From the human T2T-CHM13v2.0 reference genome, Homo sapiens, in assembly GCF_009914755.1 (NCBI RefSeq), contig NC_060947.1: a stretch of DNA of 64,000 nucleotides; one strand, written 5' to 3'. The notes under the pieces are model-generated. The model was not told the DNA's origin and searched no databases. It saw only the letters and a list, made by a program, of their open reading frames with translations. Below are positions 13,200-25,776 of the stretch, piece by piece. Position numbers and translations under genes: made by a program. Numbering within the stretch: the first letter of the stretch is position 1; every line of letters begins with the position of its first letter.

Positions 13200-14226
13200 T
13201 GGAGCAAAAAACAAACAACTTCATTAAAAAGTGGAAAAAGAACATAAACACTTTTCAAAAGAAGACATAACCATGGCAAACGAGCATATGAAAAATGCTC
13301 AACATCACTAATCATAGAGAAATGTAAATCCAAACCACAATGAGATACCATCTCGCACTAGTCAGAATGGCTATTATTAAAATGTCAAGAAATAACAGAT
13401 GCTGTGGAGGCTGCAGAGAAAAGGGTACGATTAGACATTGCTGGTGGGAAAGTAAATTCATTCAGCCACTAGGGAAGGCAGTGTGGCATTTCTTCAGAGA
13501 AGAAATAGAAATAAAAATAGAAATAGAAAAAGAAAAATACTCAAAATGGCTATTATTAAAATGTCAAAAAATAACAGATGCTGGTGAAGTTGTGTGGAAA
13601 AGGAATGCTTATACACTGTTGTTGGGATTGTAAATTAGTTCAACCCTTGTGGAAAGCAGTATGGTGATTCCTCAAAGAACTAAAAACAAAACTACTATTT
13701 GACCCAGCAATCCCATTACTAGGAATATACCAAGTTCTACCCAAAAGACGCATGCACACGTATGTTAATCTCAGCACTACTCACAGTAGCAAAGACATGG
13801 ATTCAACCTAAATGCCCATCAATGGTAGGTTGGATAAAAAAAAAAATGTGGTACATATACACCATGGAATATGATGCAACCAAAGGAAAAAATGAGATCA
13901 TGCCCTTTGCAGGAACATGGATGGTGCTGGAGGCCATTATCCTCAGTGAACTAATGCAAGAACAGAAAAACAAATATTTCATCTTCTCACTTCTAAGTGG
14001 GAACTAAATGATGATAACATGTGGACACACAGAGGTGAACAAGACACTGAGGCGTACCTGAAAGTGGAGAGTGGGAGGAGGAAGAGCAACAAAAAATGTA
14101 ATGATTCGTTACTAGTCTTAGTACCTGGGTGACAAAATAATCTGTACAATATACCCTTTGTGACACAAGTTTACCTATATAACAAACCTGCACATGTACC
14201 CCTGAACCTAAAATAAAAGTTAAAAA
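13200..14226 (+). mobile_element. 5'-truncated L1PA13-16-type element (ORF2 C-terminus and 3' UTR) with an internal repeated segment
   Basis: ORFs [14 protein letters not shown] and TVAKTWIQPKCPS match the ORF2p C-terminus; ends cctgaacctaaaataaaagttaaaaa. Confidence 0.92.
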
Positions 14227-15370
14227 GACAGGTACAATAAAAAAGGCTTTATTTAATTCAAGAACAAGATGAAATGACTAGGCTACTAGCTTGTGGCATG
14301 TGGTATAATGTCAACATATACTTAAGATAAAAAATAATGATCCAAGTACTATTGTACTTCCCTCTACCCCAACAAAGTAAAAGTCTTCTAATAGTGACAG
14401 GAGAATAACAAGTTTCTTTTAGTAGCAAGCACAGGAAACTAATTCTAGTGTTTCAGCAAAACGTCAAGTACACTGAAAGGGTACTGTTGTTTCTCACAGT
14501 TTTGAAGAATGATTTTAATAGCCAAGACTCAGGAAAGGCTGCAATTATGGTGGATGTGGGACTCTAGTAGCAGAAAACTGTGAATGTTCTCCCTCAAATT
14601 TTGACATTGACATGATTTGGCTCTGAAGACTCTCAGTCTTGGTTTAAAAGTCTTTAAATACCCTTAAGAGAATTGTATTTGGTCTATGGATCAGTCAGCT
14701 ATGGTGACATATTTGTTCATTTAATTATTTGCACTGATTTTCTTTCTGTTTTGAGGTTGTTTCAAGGAAAAGGAGAATTATTATAAATCAGATGGCTACC
14801 CCAAGACGAGTTTACTGTAGGTTGATAAAGTCTTTGATTTCAGTGAAGTTCAAGAGAAGTGGGAGATGATAAAGAGTAATTTAAACCATTTCAACATCCA
14901 TTGATATTCCATTTTTCTTAAAATGCCTTATGCTGGAAATAAGTGATATAAAGATGAGTACACCCAAGGCCTGATTTGCCCTTCTGCTCTTCCTTGCCAC
15001 CAGGCCTAATGCTATATTTTTACATCTCTGTACGACATCTATAAGGCATCTTTCCAGAGTGCCTGCTTTTGATAATCATCAAATTTAGGCAAGCCAATAT
15101 CTGAAGATCAGGTAGAGAAAGTGTGTTGGGAAGGTATATGTGTAAAATAGTGTGGCAATTCATGCAAAAGAGAAAGGGAACTAAGAGAAGAAATCATGAA
15201 TGAAGTAACACTGTAGCATCTTGATAGATGGTGTACAGAAACTACTGGCCATTTACCATAAATCATTTTTGTCTTCTTAGGCATATAACTAAACTACATG
15301 TCTCAGTCTCCCTTGCAATTTGATATGGTTATTTGACAGAGCCAATGGAACATGAGAGAAAATGTTGTGC

Positions 15371-15829
15371 TGTAGCAGGACAAGCCACAGACAAAACCCC
15401 TCAGACACCGAGTTAAAGAAGGAAGGGCTTTATTCAGCCGGAAGCTTTGGCAAGACTCATGTCTCCAACAACCGAGCTCCCCAAGTGAGCAATTCCTGTC
15501 CTTTTTAAGGGCTCACAACTCTAAAGGGGTCCACGTGAGAGGGTCGTGATCAATTGAGCAAGCAGGGGTACATGACTGGGGGCTGCATGCACTGGTAATT
15601 AGAATGGAATAGAACAGGACAGGGATTTTCACAGTGCTTTTCTATACAATGTCTGTAATCTATAGATAATGTTGATTAGGTCAGGGGTCGATCTTTAACT
15701 ACCAGGCCCAGGGTGTGGCGCCAGGCTGTCTGCTTGTGGATTTCATTTCTGCCTTTTAATTTTTACTTCTTCTTTCTTTGGAGACAGAAATTGGGCATAA
15801 GACAATATCAGGGGTGGTCTCCTCCCTTA
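15371..15829 (-). mobile_element. LTR2-family (HERV-E/Harlequin) solo LTR
   Basis: Reverse complement starts taagggaggagaccacccct and ends tcctgctaca; 4-bp TSD gtgc on both sides. Confidence 0.92.
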
Positions 15830-16028
15830 GTGCCATACTACTAACATTTTTATATAAGCTCCTTTCTTACTATTTTTTTCATATAACACACTCTCATGGC
15901 AACCACCAAGCTGCACTTGGAAGATGTATGTTGACTATGGTAGAGCTGCTATCATCCTGGATCCCTGAATGACCGTGAAGCAGAATATTCCAGCAACCCA
16001 GAACCACTCTGAACTGTTAAATCCATGG

Positions 16029-16401
16029 TGTATTAGTCCGTTCTCACTCTGCTATAAAGAACTTCCTGAGACTGGGTAATTTATAAAGGAAAGAAATTTA
16101 ATTGACTCACAGTTCTTCATTGCTTGGGAGGCCTCAGGAAACTTACAATCATAGTGGAAGGTAAAGGAGAAGCAGGCACTTTCTTCACAGGGCAGCAGGA
16201 CAGAGTGAGTGCAAGCAGGAGAAATGTCAGATGCTTATAAAACCATCAGATCCCGTGAGAACTCACTCATTAACATGAGAATAGCATGGGGGAAACTGCC
16301 CCCATGATCCAATTACCTCCACCTGGTACTGACCTTGACAAGTGGGGATTATAACAATTCAGGATGAGATTTGGCTGCGGACATGAAGCCAAACCACATC
16401 A
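16029..16401 (-). mobile_element. THE1D/MSTA-type MaLR solo LTR
   Basis: tgtattagtccgttctcac...gccaaaccacatca; perfect 5-bp TSD catgg. Confidence 0.92.
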
Positions 16402-17013
16402 CATGGGAAATTAACTTTTAATATGTTAGGTGTTTTTTTTTTTAAATTTTTTAGTCTATTTGTTAACACACACTACTTTCCCTTATGTAGAAATTAGTAC
16501 CATAAAAAAGTAATTACTATAACAAAAGTCTAAAGCATGCATCACTGGCTTAATGTCAATGACAATATGTAGCAGACAGGGAAAATAGACTCCCAAGTTT
16601 CATATGGTTAAAACATTTGGCAAAGCCATCTTTCAATGTTTTGAAGCTAAAACAAAGGTATATGTGCCTATATCTCTAGCAGAACTGATTGTTAAGAGAC
16701 AAACTATTAGTGCCAGTATGTCACTATGGGTTGACAATTATTTGCTACATTTAGCAAGAGGAAGCTCAGTTACTGAATGATCTTGCAGAACAGAGCTATG
16801 AGACAATCTGGCCCACTTAGGCAAGGACTGATATGCGAGAAGAAAAAAAAAAACTTTTTCTCTCATGTAAACTTCTGTATTTTAGAATCTGTTGGCTATA
16901 TTGGCATAGCTTTTATTTCAACCAATCAGATGAAATAGTGGAAAGTATCAACAAAAGCATAGAATTGACTTAGAAGCACCCAAAAAATATCAAGACATTT
17001 TGTTTGTCTAGAC

Positions 17014-17255
17014 CACAGTTTGGCAAACTATGGCTTAGGGCCAACTGAAGGCTTCTGCCTGTTGTTTTCTTCAACAAAGATTTTCTGGAATACAGCCATG
17101 GATAATCATTAATTATTATTATCTGTTATATAGGTATTGTCTATTGTATTGTATTGTATATAACATATTGAGTAGTTGCAACAGAGACTGTATAGTCTGC
17201 AAAGCAAAAGATATTTACTATCTGACCCTTTACAGAAAAACTTTGCTGACCCCAA
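17014..17255 (+). mobile_element. MER58A-type hAT MITE
   Basis: ttggcaaactatggc...gagtagttgcaacagagac...tatttactatctgaccctttacagaaaaactttgctgacccc. Confidence 0.85.
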
Positions 17256-18204
17256 TGTGTCTGTGTATTGTAAATATGAGAGGGAATGGGAGATAATGCC
17301 CAAGAATATTTGCAAAAGTCAGTGTTGAAGGTCTCAAAAATCAAAATGAATAGGGCAATGGGGAATTATTACAAGTAATTGAAAAGGCAAGTGATTGCCC
17401 TTAAATATTTCCAGAAATTACACTGTAAGGTGACATTGACAAACTAGAGTGGTCAAGGACAATAAGGATGTAAACAAAGGATCTAAAACTAGGTCATAAG
17501 TAAGAATGGTTGGAAAATCTATAAATATTTAGTTTATAGAAGAGAAGATTTAAGGAGTACAGTATTTAAATATTTAAAAGCTTGGTTGGTGTGAAAATAT
17601 TCAACTTATTTGCAAATATTCAATTAATCATAAGGCAGTTCTCCTCTAAAACAGACTCTTGAATAGAGCCAAATTGAGATTATTTAAATGGTCAAATCAG
17701 ATAAGTGGGAATATACTCTAAAAATGTCCATCACAAAACCATGTCATCTATTTTTTGTGTTGAAATTCCTTGTTATACTTTCTCATTAATCCACTGCAAT
17801 TGTATTCTCATTATCACTACTACTTCACTGAATTTGCTTCTTCCAAGGTCACTAGTAGCATTTTTATTTAAAAATTCAATGAATACTTTTCAGCCATTTA
17901 CAGTATTCATGACATGCTTTTAAGAATTTTCCTTTTACTTTGATTTGTAACACTAACCTTACTGAGTTTTTTTTTCCTCTGTGTACATTGCATGTTGATC
18001 TTCCTCAGAGGAGTCTTTTGTTGTTCTTCCATTATGTTTGCTTTATTCTCTTCATTCTACCCCCATCTCACTGGCTAATGCTGCATATTCTAGAAAGGAG
18101 ATGCTAAAGCCATAATGCATCATGTTTTAAACGTTTTTAAATAATTCACGAGTTTAAATGGTTTTAATATTAAGTTTAAAGAAAAAGATGTCTCTGTCAA
18201 TGAC

Positions 18205-18870
18205 TTTACATTTATTCATTTACAACTTGAGTGTCCAATTGACACTTCTTTGGTGCTCAAGACGTAATAGTGGGTAAGTAAAGGTATGTGAGTTTCTGGC
18301 TCTTATGAAATTTTCATTCTAGTTAGAAGGAAAGAACAGAAGTAAACCAGTATGTGGATAATCAGGAAAATTTCACAAAGGGCTAAGTACAGAAGTAAAC
18401 AAAAATGTGGATAATCAGGAAAATTTCACAAAGGGCTAAGTACTATAAAGAAAGTAGACTGTAGTAATTAAACAGGGGTTATCTGGGAAAATGACTAATT
18501 TAGATAAGATGATCAGGTATGATTTCTAGGAGAACCGAATAATGAGAAGCTGGGACTTTTGACCTGAGGTCTGCATAATGAAAAGGAGCTAGTCATGTTA
18601 AGAAATGGGTGAATAGTATTACTAATGGATTCAACAGTGGGTCCAAAGGCCTGAAGGTAGGAATGAGATTGGCATGTTGAAGGAAGAAACAGAAAGAACA
18701 GAGTGTAGTTCACAACAGGGAAAGTAATAGTTGGTGAAGATAGAAAAATTATGGAAGCCAGATTATGTTGGGCCTTGTAGGCTAGGATGTGAAATTTGAA
18801 GTACCTATAGATGCAATAAAAAGAGCCACTGGAAGACTTTTTAACATGGTGTAACATGATATCACATTAC
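18205..18870 (-). mobile_element. L2 3' region
   Basis: catttattcatt start; ccaaaggcctgaaggtaggaatgag, gccagattatgttgggccttgtagg, gagccactggaag. Confidence 0.8.
18336..18443. repeat. 53-bp tandem duplication (3 mismatches)
   Basis: acagaagtaaac....atgtggataatcaggaaaatttcacaaagggctaagt x2. Confidence 0.95.
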
Positions 18871-18949
18871 CTGAATTGTTTTCTATTTCTCAGATGATAC
18901 AAATTATGTAACGCCTTTTGACTTTGTTACAATGAAATTTAGACCTACA

Positions 18950-19097
18950 AATGAGCTGGCTGTAGTGGGATACACCTGTGGTCCCAGCTACTTGGGAGGC
19001 TGGATGGGAGGATCACTTGAGCCCAGGAGGCAGAGGTTGCATGAGCCAAGATTGTACCACTGCACTCCAGCATGGGTGACAGAGTGAGACCTGGTCT

Positions 19098-19128
<31 letters not shown>
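18950..19128 (+). mobile_element. Alu right monomer only (FRAM or 5'-truncated AluJ) with A30 tail
   Basis: cctgtggtcccagctacttgggaggc...ggaggatcacttgagcccaggagg...gtctc + 30 A; flanks agacctaca/agatctata. Confidence 0.9.
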
Positions 19129-19130
<2 letters not shown>

Positions 19131-19294
19131 TCTATAGTAAATGCTTGTCCACAGGATATAGATTAGCTTATGACTACATGCATATTTATTATATTACTGG
19201 TATTTATTTCCAGAATAATGATTTTTGTTTATATGTAGCTTCTGTTGTAAAGTGTTTCAAACTATTTTGAATCATATACTACATCCTTATTGTA

Positions 19295-19470
19295 CATAAG
19301 AGCATTGAATGTGGATTGAATAACCTACATGCAATGCTGGTTCTAACAGTGAGTTATTCGTATGCCTTTAAGGTAATCATTCAAACTCTTTGGGGCTTAA
19401 TTCCCTCATCTCAAAATGAGGACTGGTTATAATTATTTCTGTACCTCTCAGGAATATTTTGTGGAGAAAG
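19295..19470 (+). mobile_element. MIR
   Basis: Diverged core: ctctttggggcttaattccctcatctcaaaatgagg...tacctctcagga. Confidence 0.6.
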
Positions 19471-20834
19471 CAGACATATATGTATATGGACAAATAATCA
19501 TAAAGCTATAAATATATATTTCTTGAGTTCCTTTTATGGGAAAAATTTACATATTAAAGTTTGGAGATTCAAGATGTATTTTTAGAAAAGTGATCTGGAT
19601 TAATTTTTGTTGAAAACATGCTACCAAACATTTTAAATCCATGTACATTTCATACAGAGAAGGAAATACTGGATATCTTCTCAATTGTGTGAATCTTCCG
19701 AAGATTTTTTTAATGGGGTGTCTGAATCTCCTGATAATCATATGAAATTTGCATCATTAAGAGTTGAAGTTCAAAGTTAAAATTAGGAGCAAAGTTTGAA
19801 GGTCTCTGTAAGCATCCTCATTAGAGTTACTGCTAATGGCTATGTGCAAATTTTCTTAATCAGTTATTCAGTTTGATATCAATCTCGTCTGGTGCCTCAG
19901 ACTTTTGAAACAAATAATGTGTTGCAGCTCTCAAGAATATATCTTTAGGCAACAGTGGAAAAATCACTTGACATCTATAGCCTTCATGCTTTTAAAAATA
20001 TTTAAACTTTAGGTAAATTGCATAAGAAATTTTCAATTGTTATAAATTTTCAATAATTTATCTTATTTTTATCAAGTTATTGTATATGTTTTTGCTATGA
20101 AACACTGTCAACCCCATGTGTACATTATTTTAATCCTAGATGGGGGTATCTTTATAAATATTAATATTTCAGGAGTGGCCAGTGAGAGGACTCCTTAGAA
20201 CTCAAGTTCCCTGTGAGCCACATTTTGGAAGCCTCACTGACTTGTAGAAAATGGTCACCTAAGGACTGAACCCAGTCTTCAGAACTATAACATTTGCATT
20301 GATTAATGTATCTTTATTTGGTAAATCTCAAAATTTAAGTGGCTTTTCACACCATTCCAAAATTTATGAAGTCTTATTTCATAATGCTTCAGGCTTTATA
20401 CACTGCTTTGTTTTTTTTTATCTATAATTCCTTCTAATAACCACTTCTTGCCAATGTTAATATTACTTGTAATTGAAGGCTCAGCCATTTCTACTAGTGT
20501 TTTGTATGTGTGGAACAGTTATAAGTCAGCCTTTCTCTTCACTGATGTAGGTCTTTTCCTCATGGTTGTTTATTGCATATTGTCTCCAAAGCTGTCACTT
20601 AACAGTGGTTGGGGCCTGGGAAACAAAATTGGTGAGATATGCTTAATAAAATAATCCATAGAAGGAAGCCACTCTACAGGTAGAAGTCATAGAACCCCTG
20701 GAATATTGACAGAAAAGATATTAGGGTACAACATACATGCTGTAACCCTAAATAAGTAGAACATAGTATAGCCACCTTGTTGCCCTGCCCCCAAAATGGC
20801 CTATTTCAATTACTGTAAACTCTTGAAGATACTG

Positions 20835-20839
<5 letters not shown>

Positions 20840-20894
<55 letters not shown>
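20840..20894. repeat. Perfect (TA)~27 microsatellite
   Basis: Uninterrupted TA run. Confidence 0.98.
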
Positions 20895-20897
<3 letters not shown>

Positions 20898-21095
20898 TAC
20901 ATCAGGTTGTCTGAAAATTATATGGTAAATATGAGGACTTCCTACATACATGTTGAAATGAATTATGGTAGCATTCTGAGACATTACATACCATGTGTTT
21001 GCATGCTTTTCATAATATCACTGCTCATTTTCTTCATAGAAATAAGCCCCCAATACAGTTTTTCTACCTAAGTTCTAAGCTTCTTAAAGGCAGAA

Positions 21096-21549
21096 ATTGC
21101 AGGTTGTTTTTCCTAGAAAGCAGACTCTAAGGTGGAGAACTGTATGCAATAAGTTTATTAGGGAGTGTTTTCACACCTGTGAGGAAGTGACAACAGTAGA
21201 GATAATTGGAGGGAAGAGTTTAATTGCCATACAGGTGCAGCAAAAGCTTCAGCTCATCATGAAGGGAGCACTTGAACTGGGATGATCACTCAGAGTTGTC
21301 TAAATTTTAGGAAAGATATCCACACATTTATACTCCAGCAAACAATCACTCTTTAGGTGTAGGCTATTTCTGCAAAGATGGGATGATCTTGGGCAACCTA
21401 GCTCTTTTCAGATAAGAAGAGTTTTCAGAGTGTCTTGGCCAATAAATAGTAGCTGCCAATACTATAATAGCAGCTGGAGCAATGAGGTTTTTTCAGTCCT
21501 AAAGTTGGGCTGAAACTCTAGGAGACATACCATAGAATTCATTACAACA
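21096..21549 (-). mobile_element. LTR16-type (ERVL) LTR
   Basis: gcaggttg...aagcagactctaaggtggag...gtttattagggagtg...cagagttgtc...gatcttgggcaa. Confidence 0.7.
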
Positions 21550-21852
21550 GGGTTGAATGACTGAGTCACCTCTATAACTCCCATAGATTTTGCTGAATTG
21601 CTGGCACATTGTAGGCACTCAAATAGTCATTGAATGAGTAAGTTAATATAATAATGTGATGGTAAACGTGAAATAAATATACAAACACATACTAAACAGT
21701 GATAAATTGTAATTATTATATTACTAGTATTTTTGTTAAAACCCATACTGAAAAACAAAGAAAAACTGCTTTTTTCTTTATTCTAAGAATATTTAATACA
21801 GGTCCAAATAATTCAAGTAAGCCATTTGTTATTTCACATCTTACTTATTAGA

Positions 21853-22283
21853 TATGTTAGTCAGGTTACGGAAAAAAAACAGATAATACACTGAAACAAG
21901 GAAATGAAGAGAATTAACAGCAACCAACTTGATGTAATAAAATGTCATAAGGCTTGAAACAGCAGGCAGCCATTACTACCCCTAGGCCTGAAGGGCAAGT
22001 GGAGAGAGTAATTATTACAAAGCACAGATAGCAGCAACTAGGTTTCTAAGAGAGGTCTGTGGCCTTTCGTAGAGGGGCAGCCACTATCAATACAAAGCCC
22101 ATCAAAGAGGGAACCTAGGGAATGAATCCCCAAACCTCATTCTACATCCACTCTTAATCTTTTGCAGAATGCAGGGAAATCTAATTGGTGCCATCCATAT
22201 AGGTCAACTTCTGGAGCTAAGAACAGGGTGAAGAATGGTAGAGAGCAGATCTTGAGAGGTCAATCAGTGAATACTCTCTGCAC
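21853..22283 (-). mobile_element. LTR33-type (ERVL) LTR
   Basis: cattactacccctaggcctgaaggg ... agaacagggtgaagaatggtagagagcagatcttgagagg...gcaca. Confidence 0.65.
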
Positions 22284-22402
22284 ACTAGTTATATATTCCA
22301 TTTGGGGAATAATAACTTTTATCATTTCTATCAGGGCCCTCACAGAGACCATAGTATACTATGGTATCAACAAAATGGTTCCTATCCAGAATGGAAGTTA
22401 AA

Positions 22403-22886
22403 CAGTATTTCTAAAATTGTGGTCTTGGGAGCTTGGGAAGTTCATAAAACTCTTTCGTATGTCCACATGGTCATAACAATTTTCATAATACTAAAACAGT
22501 TACCTTTTAAACTCTGTTTCTCTTACAAGTATATAGAAGAACTCTCTACAATATCTCACATCACAAAAAAAGAATGTAGAAATATGAGTATTCAGCTCTC
22601 TTCTATAGACCCAGATATTAAAAATACTGGCAAACAGGTGAAACAAGTATATTCTTCTCAATTTTTGTCTTATAAAACATTTATTTTTATAAAATTCATG
22701 ATTTATCAATATACAGGTTTATTATTAGTTTTAAAAATGCATTGATAAACATTTTAAAGATTCTCAACATTAATTTCCAATGTAGTATATATTAATAAAC
22801 ATGAGTTATATGAGAGAAAGCTTTTGGAAATCCAGAATATTAAGAGTTTAAAGAAGTTTCAAAAGCAAATGTTTTGAAAATTGCTG
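22403..22886 (+). mobile_element. Charlie1 internal-deletion derivative (Charlie1b-like hAT)
   Basis: Degenerate TIRs cagtatttctaaaa / ttttgaaaattgctg; internal atatgagtattcagctctcttctat...ccagatattaaa. Confidence 0.75.
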
Positions 22887-23084
22887 ATGTAAGAGATTCA
22901 GGAATTCTGCTTTCTGACTTATAATTTGCACTAAATAGTGGTCGAATAAAATGTTTCACTGTTTTGAAAGCTTTTGAAGAAGCATGTAAAAACATGTATT
23001 AAAGTAAACATGTATTGCCAAAGCTAGGCAATCAATTGAATTACTCTTATTTTTATCTACATTCTTGGTTTCTTGTTACCTTCC

Positions 23085-23489
23085 TGTTTTAGTCAACTTG
23101 TTCTGCTACAACAAAATATCTGAAATGAGGTAATTTGTAAACAGAAATTTATTTCTTGCAGTTATGGAGGATGGAACTTCCAGGATCAAGGTAGGCATTG
23201 GTGTCCAATGAGGGTTGCCCTCTGCTTCCAAGATGGTGGTGTGTTGCTGCATCCTCCAGAGGGGAGTTCCTCACATGTCAGTGTGTTCTCACATTGCAAA
23301 AGGGATGGAAGGGCAGGAGAGTGCTCCTTTCAAACTCAAGCTCTTTTAGAAAGATGCTAATCTCATTCTTGAGGGTATGGCTTTCATGACTCAATCACAT
23401 TCCAGGGGTCACATCTCTTAATACTGTTGCATTAGGGATTAAGTTTCTACATGAATTCTGGATGGGACACCATCATTCAAACCAAAGCC
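23085..23489 (-). mobile_element. MLT1A/MSTD-type MaLR LTR
   Basis: tgttttagtc...cagaaatttatttcttgcagtt...cattcaaaccaaagc; TSD cttcc/tttcc. Confidence 0.8.
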
Positions 23490-23964
23490 TTTCCTCAGAC
23501 ATCCATTAAATGTAGCACTTTCCACTACCTGTTGTTTTACAGGGAAGTTATTAAATACCCCAACCTTACAAAGCCTCATCACTTACCAAGGCCTTTGTTT
23601 CACCTGAAAGTTAAAGAAGAGGTAAATCTTGAGAAGCCCAGCAAGGAAATGTGTAAGACAATGATCTACCACTAGGACTGAACTGAGGAATCATAGTTAA
23701 GTTTGCTAGGTTCTGGCTTCAGAACGTCCAGAGACACAACGTAAAAGGAGATTAAAGAAACGTTAGTTCAGCTTCCTGGTAACAAATAGGTTTGCTTGTG
23801 CTGTCAAAATGCTCTAAAAGTAGCCTTGGGATGCTGCTGCTGGTGTCTTATAAGGCATGGTACAACTGGGAAAGATCTGAAGTAGGGAAAGGCTTGGGGA
23901 AATGCTGCCTTATATTCTGGAGACAGTTCACTTGCCATTGTAACTATTTAGAATTAATTCCTGT

Positions 23965-24066
23965 AGTAACAATAGTAATAATAATGATACTGATAATAAT
24001 GAAGAAAAGAAGAAAGGAAGGAGAAGGAGGTAGAGGAAAAAAGAAAGGAAGAGGAGGGAGAGGAGA
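23965..24066. repeat. (AAT)-like then purine-rich low-complexity tract
   Basis: taataataatgatac...gaagaaaagaagaaaggaaggagaaggagg. Confidence 0.8.
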
Positions 24067-25776
24067 CACAATTTAAACGGATATTGAGCTGGAATTCATC
24101 AGGCAAAGTTCTATCAGTGGGAAACTGCACTAGTTCCACTCTGTGATTACTAAAGGCTTGAAAAAACACTCCTTGCTAAGAAGGCTGAGGGGGGCTTGAA
24201 TTCTGCTTTTTAGCTCCCATCATACAATGGCCAAGTCTCATCTGGCTTACTATTGTTTGGGAGTCACAGTTAAATTTTGTCCATGCTCATGGAAAGTAGT
24301 CTCAAAGGCTGCAGGGTAATATACTGTTGTAGGCACACAATACAGAAATTAGGCCATTTGCAAATTGACGTATAAATATGGCAAGGTGAAAAAGAAACTC
24401 TAACAAGATTAAACATAATAGAAATAGCATGAGAAAAAATTATTTGACTTTTTATTACTCAATTGCAGGTTAAAAATATTGATGGAGATTTTTACTTGTT
24501 TTTGGTTTTAGTCAAGATGGAGTAACTCCATTCCTCTCAGGTCCCCTGCTTACAACTAAAAATGCTACAACAACAAGAACAACAAAACATAGGAAGTCTT
24601 TGAAAGGTGGAAGAAAAGAAGGCAGACTGCATAAGAGACACTGGGATTTGAATAATAACATGATTGTGTGTTTCTTGGGCTTCCTTACTGCTTTTCATAT
24701 ATCCCAAATAGAGTTCTTGAAAAGAATTAAACCTAGACTATCAAGAGGCACAGATAATCCTCTTGAAAGGCTTGTTCCCCTAGCCACAGGATTGAAAAAA
24801 GAGAGGCCTAAGATCAGAAAAACTTTTGACAATACCCATCTTACTCCAGCCAAACACCAGCAAATGTGGCAGAAATGCATATAACAACCATCTCCACCTC
24901 CAGAAGTTTCAGCTGGCTTGAACAGGGAGCTGATATTCCATACAAAAACCCCAGTCTCCAACATCGAACCCCATAGAAACAGGCAGAATTCTCTGGTTAC
25001 CTAGGGAAATTCTGTTGGTGGAACCAAGTGGAAAGCTGATCTTCCATTCCATGCTTAGCAGAAGTAGATAATAGTCTTATTCCCTCAACCAACTTAGTGT
25101 AGTTGGGACTGAGCAGGGAACTTATCTTCCATTCCCCACCCAGTGAAATCAGGTGGTACTCTGATTATCAGCAAGACCCACCAAGCTGAGCCTCAACTCT
25201 CACCCTTCTGTAAGGTAAGTTAGTGAGGCTGTTCAAGTCAGAGAAAATTGCTACTCCACTTCATTTCACTACTAATTGTACCAGGTGTTAGCAGGATCCA
25301 GCTGGTAGCTGAGTCTTCATTCTCAAATGGCTGGAACAAGACTGAACAAAGTGGAATGAGTACAGTTTAGGTGACACTATATGTCACTGCTGGTGTCAGT
25401 GGGGCCCAGTGATAAATAATGTTTACACACAACTGGCAGCAACAGACTGAGGAATATGGTGTGAGGCAGGGTAAGGTGGTATTGCTAAGCTCCTTTTGCC
25501 TAACCTTGTGCCAGAAGGTATGGAATTGAGTGCTTACCCCCAATTAGCATAACTGAGGCAGAAGGAAGCATTGTAAAGTGGGGCCAACAACTTCTTCTTA
25601 CTTCATGTCAGTGAGCCCACTGTGAAGCTGCTCTAATACCCAGGAAGAAGAAACAAGATATTGTGAGTTGGTGCCTACTTTCTCTGTGAAGGGATCAGAA
25701 AGGTGAAGGGGTGAACTGAACTTCCAATCTATCCACTTGTAATGAGGCTATGTAAGTCAGCACTTCACTTTTGCTG

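Larger units (their letters stand above)
15231..16490 (+). mobile_element. Old MLT1 (H/I/J-like) LTR split by LTR2 and THE1D insertions
   Basis: Pieces ctacatgtctcagtctcccttgcaa...agccaatggaacatgagagaaa, then cctggatccctgaatgacc, then gaaattaacttttaatatgttagg...tttgttaaca. Confidence 0.65.
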
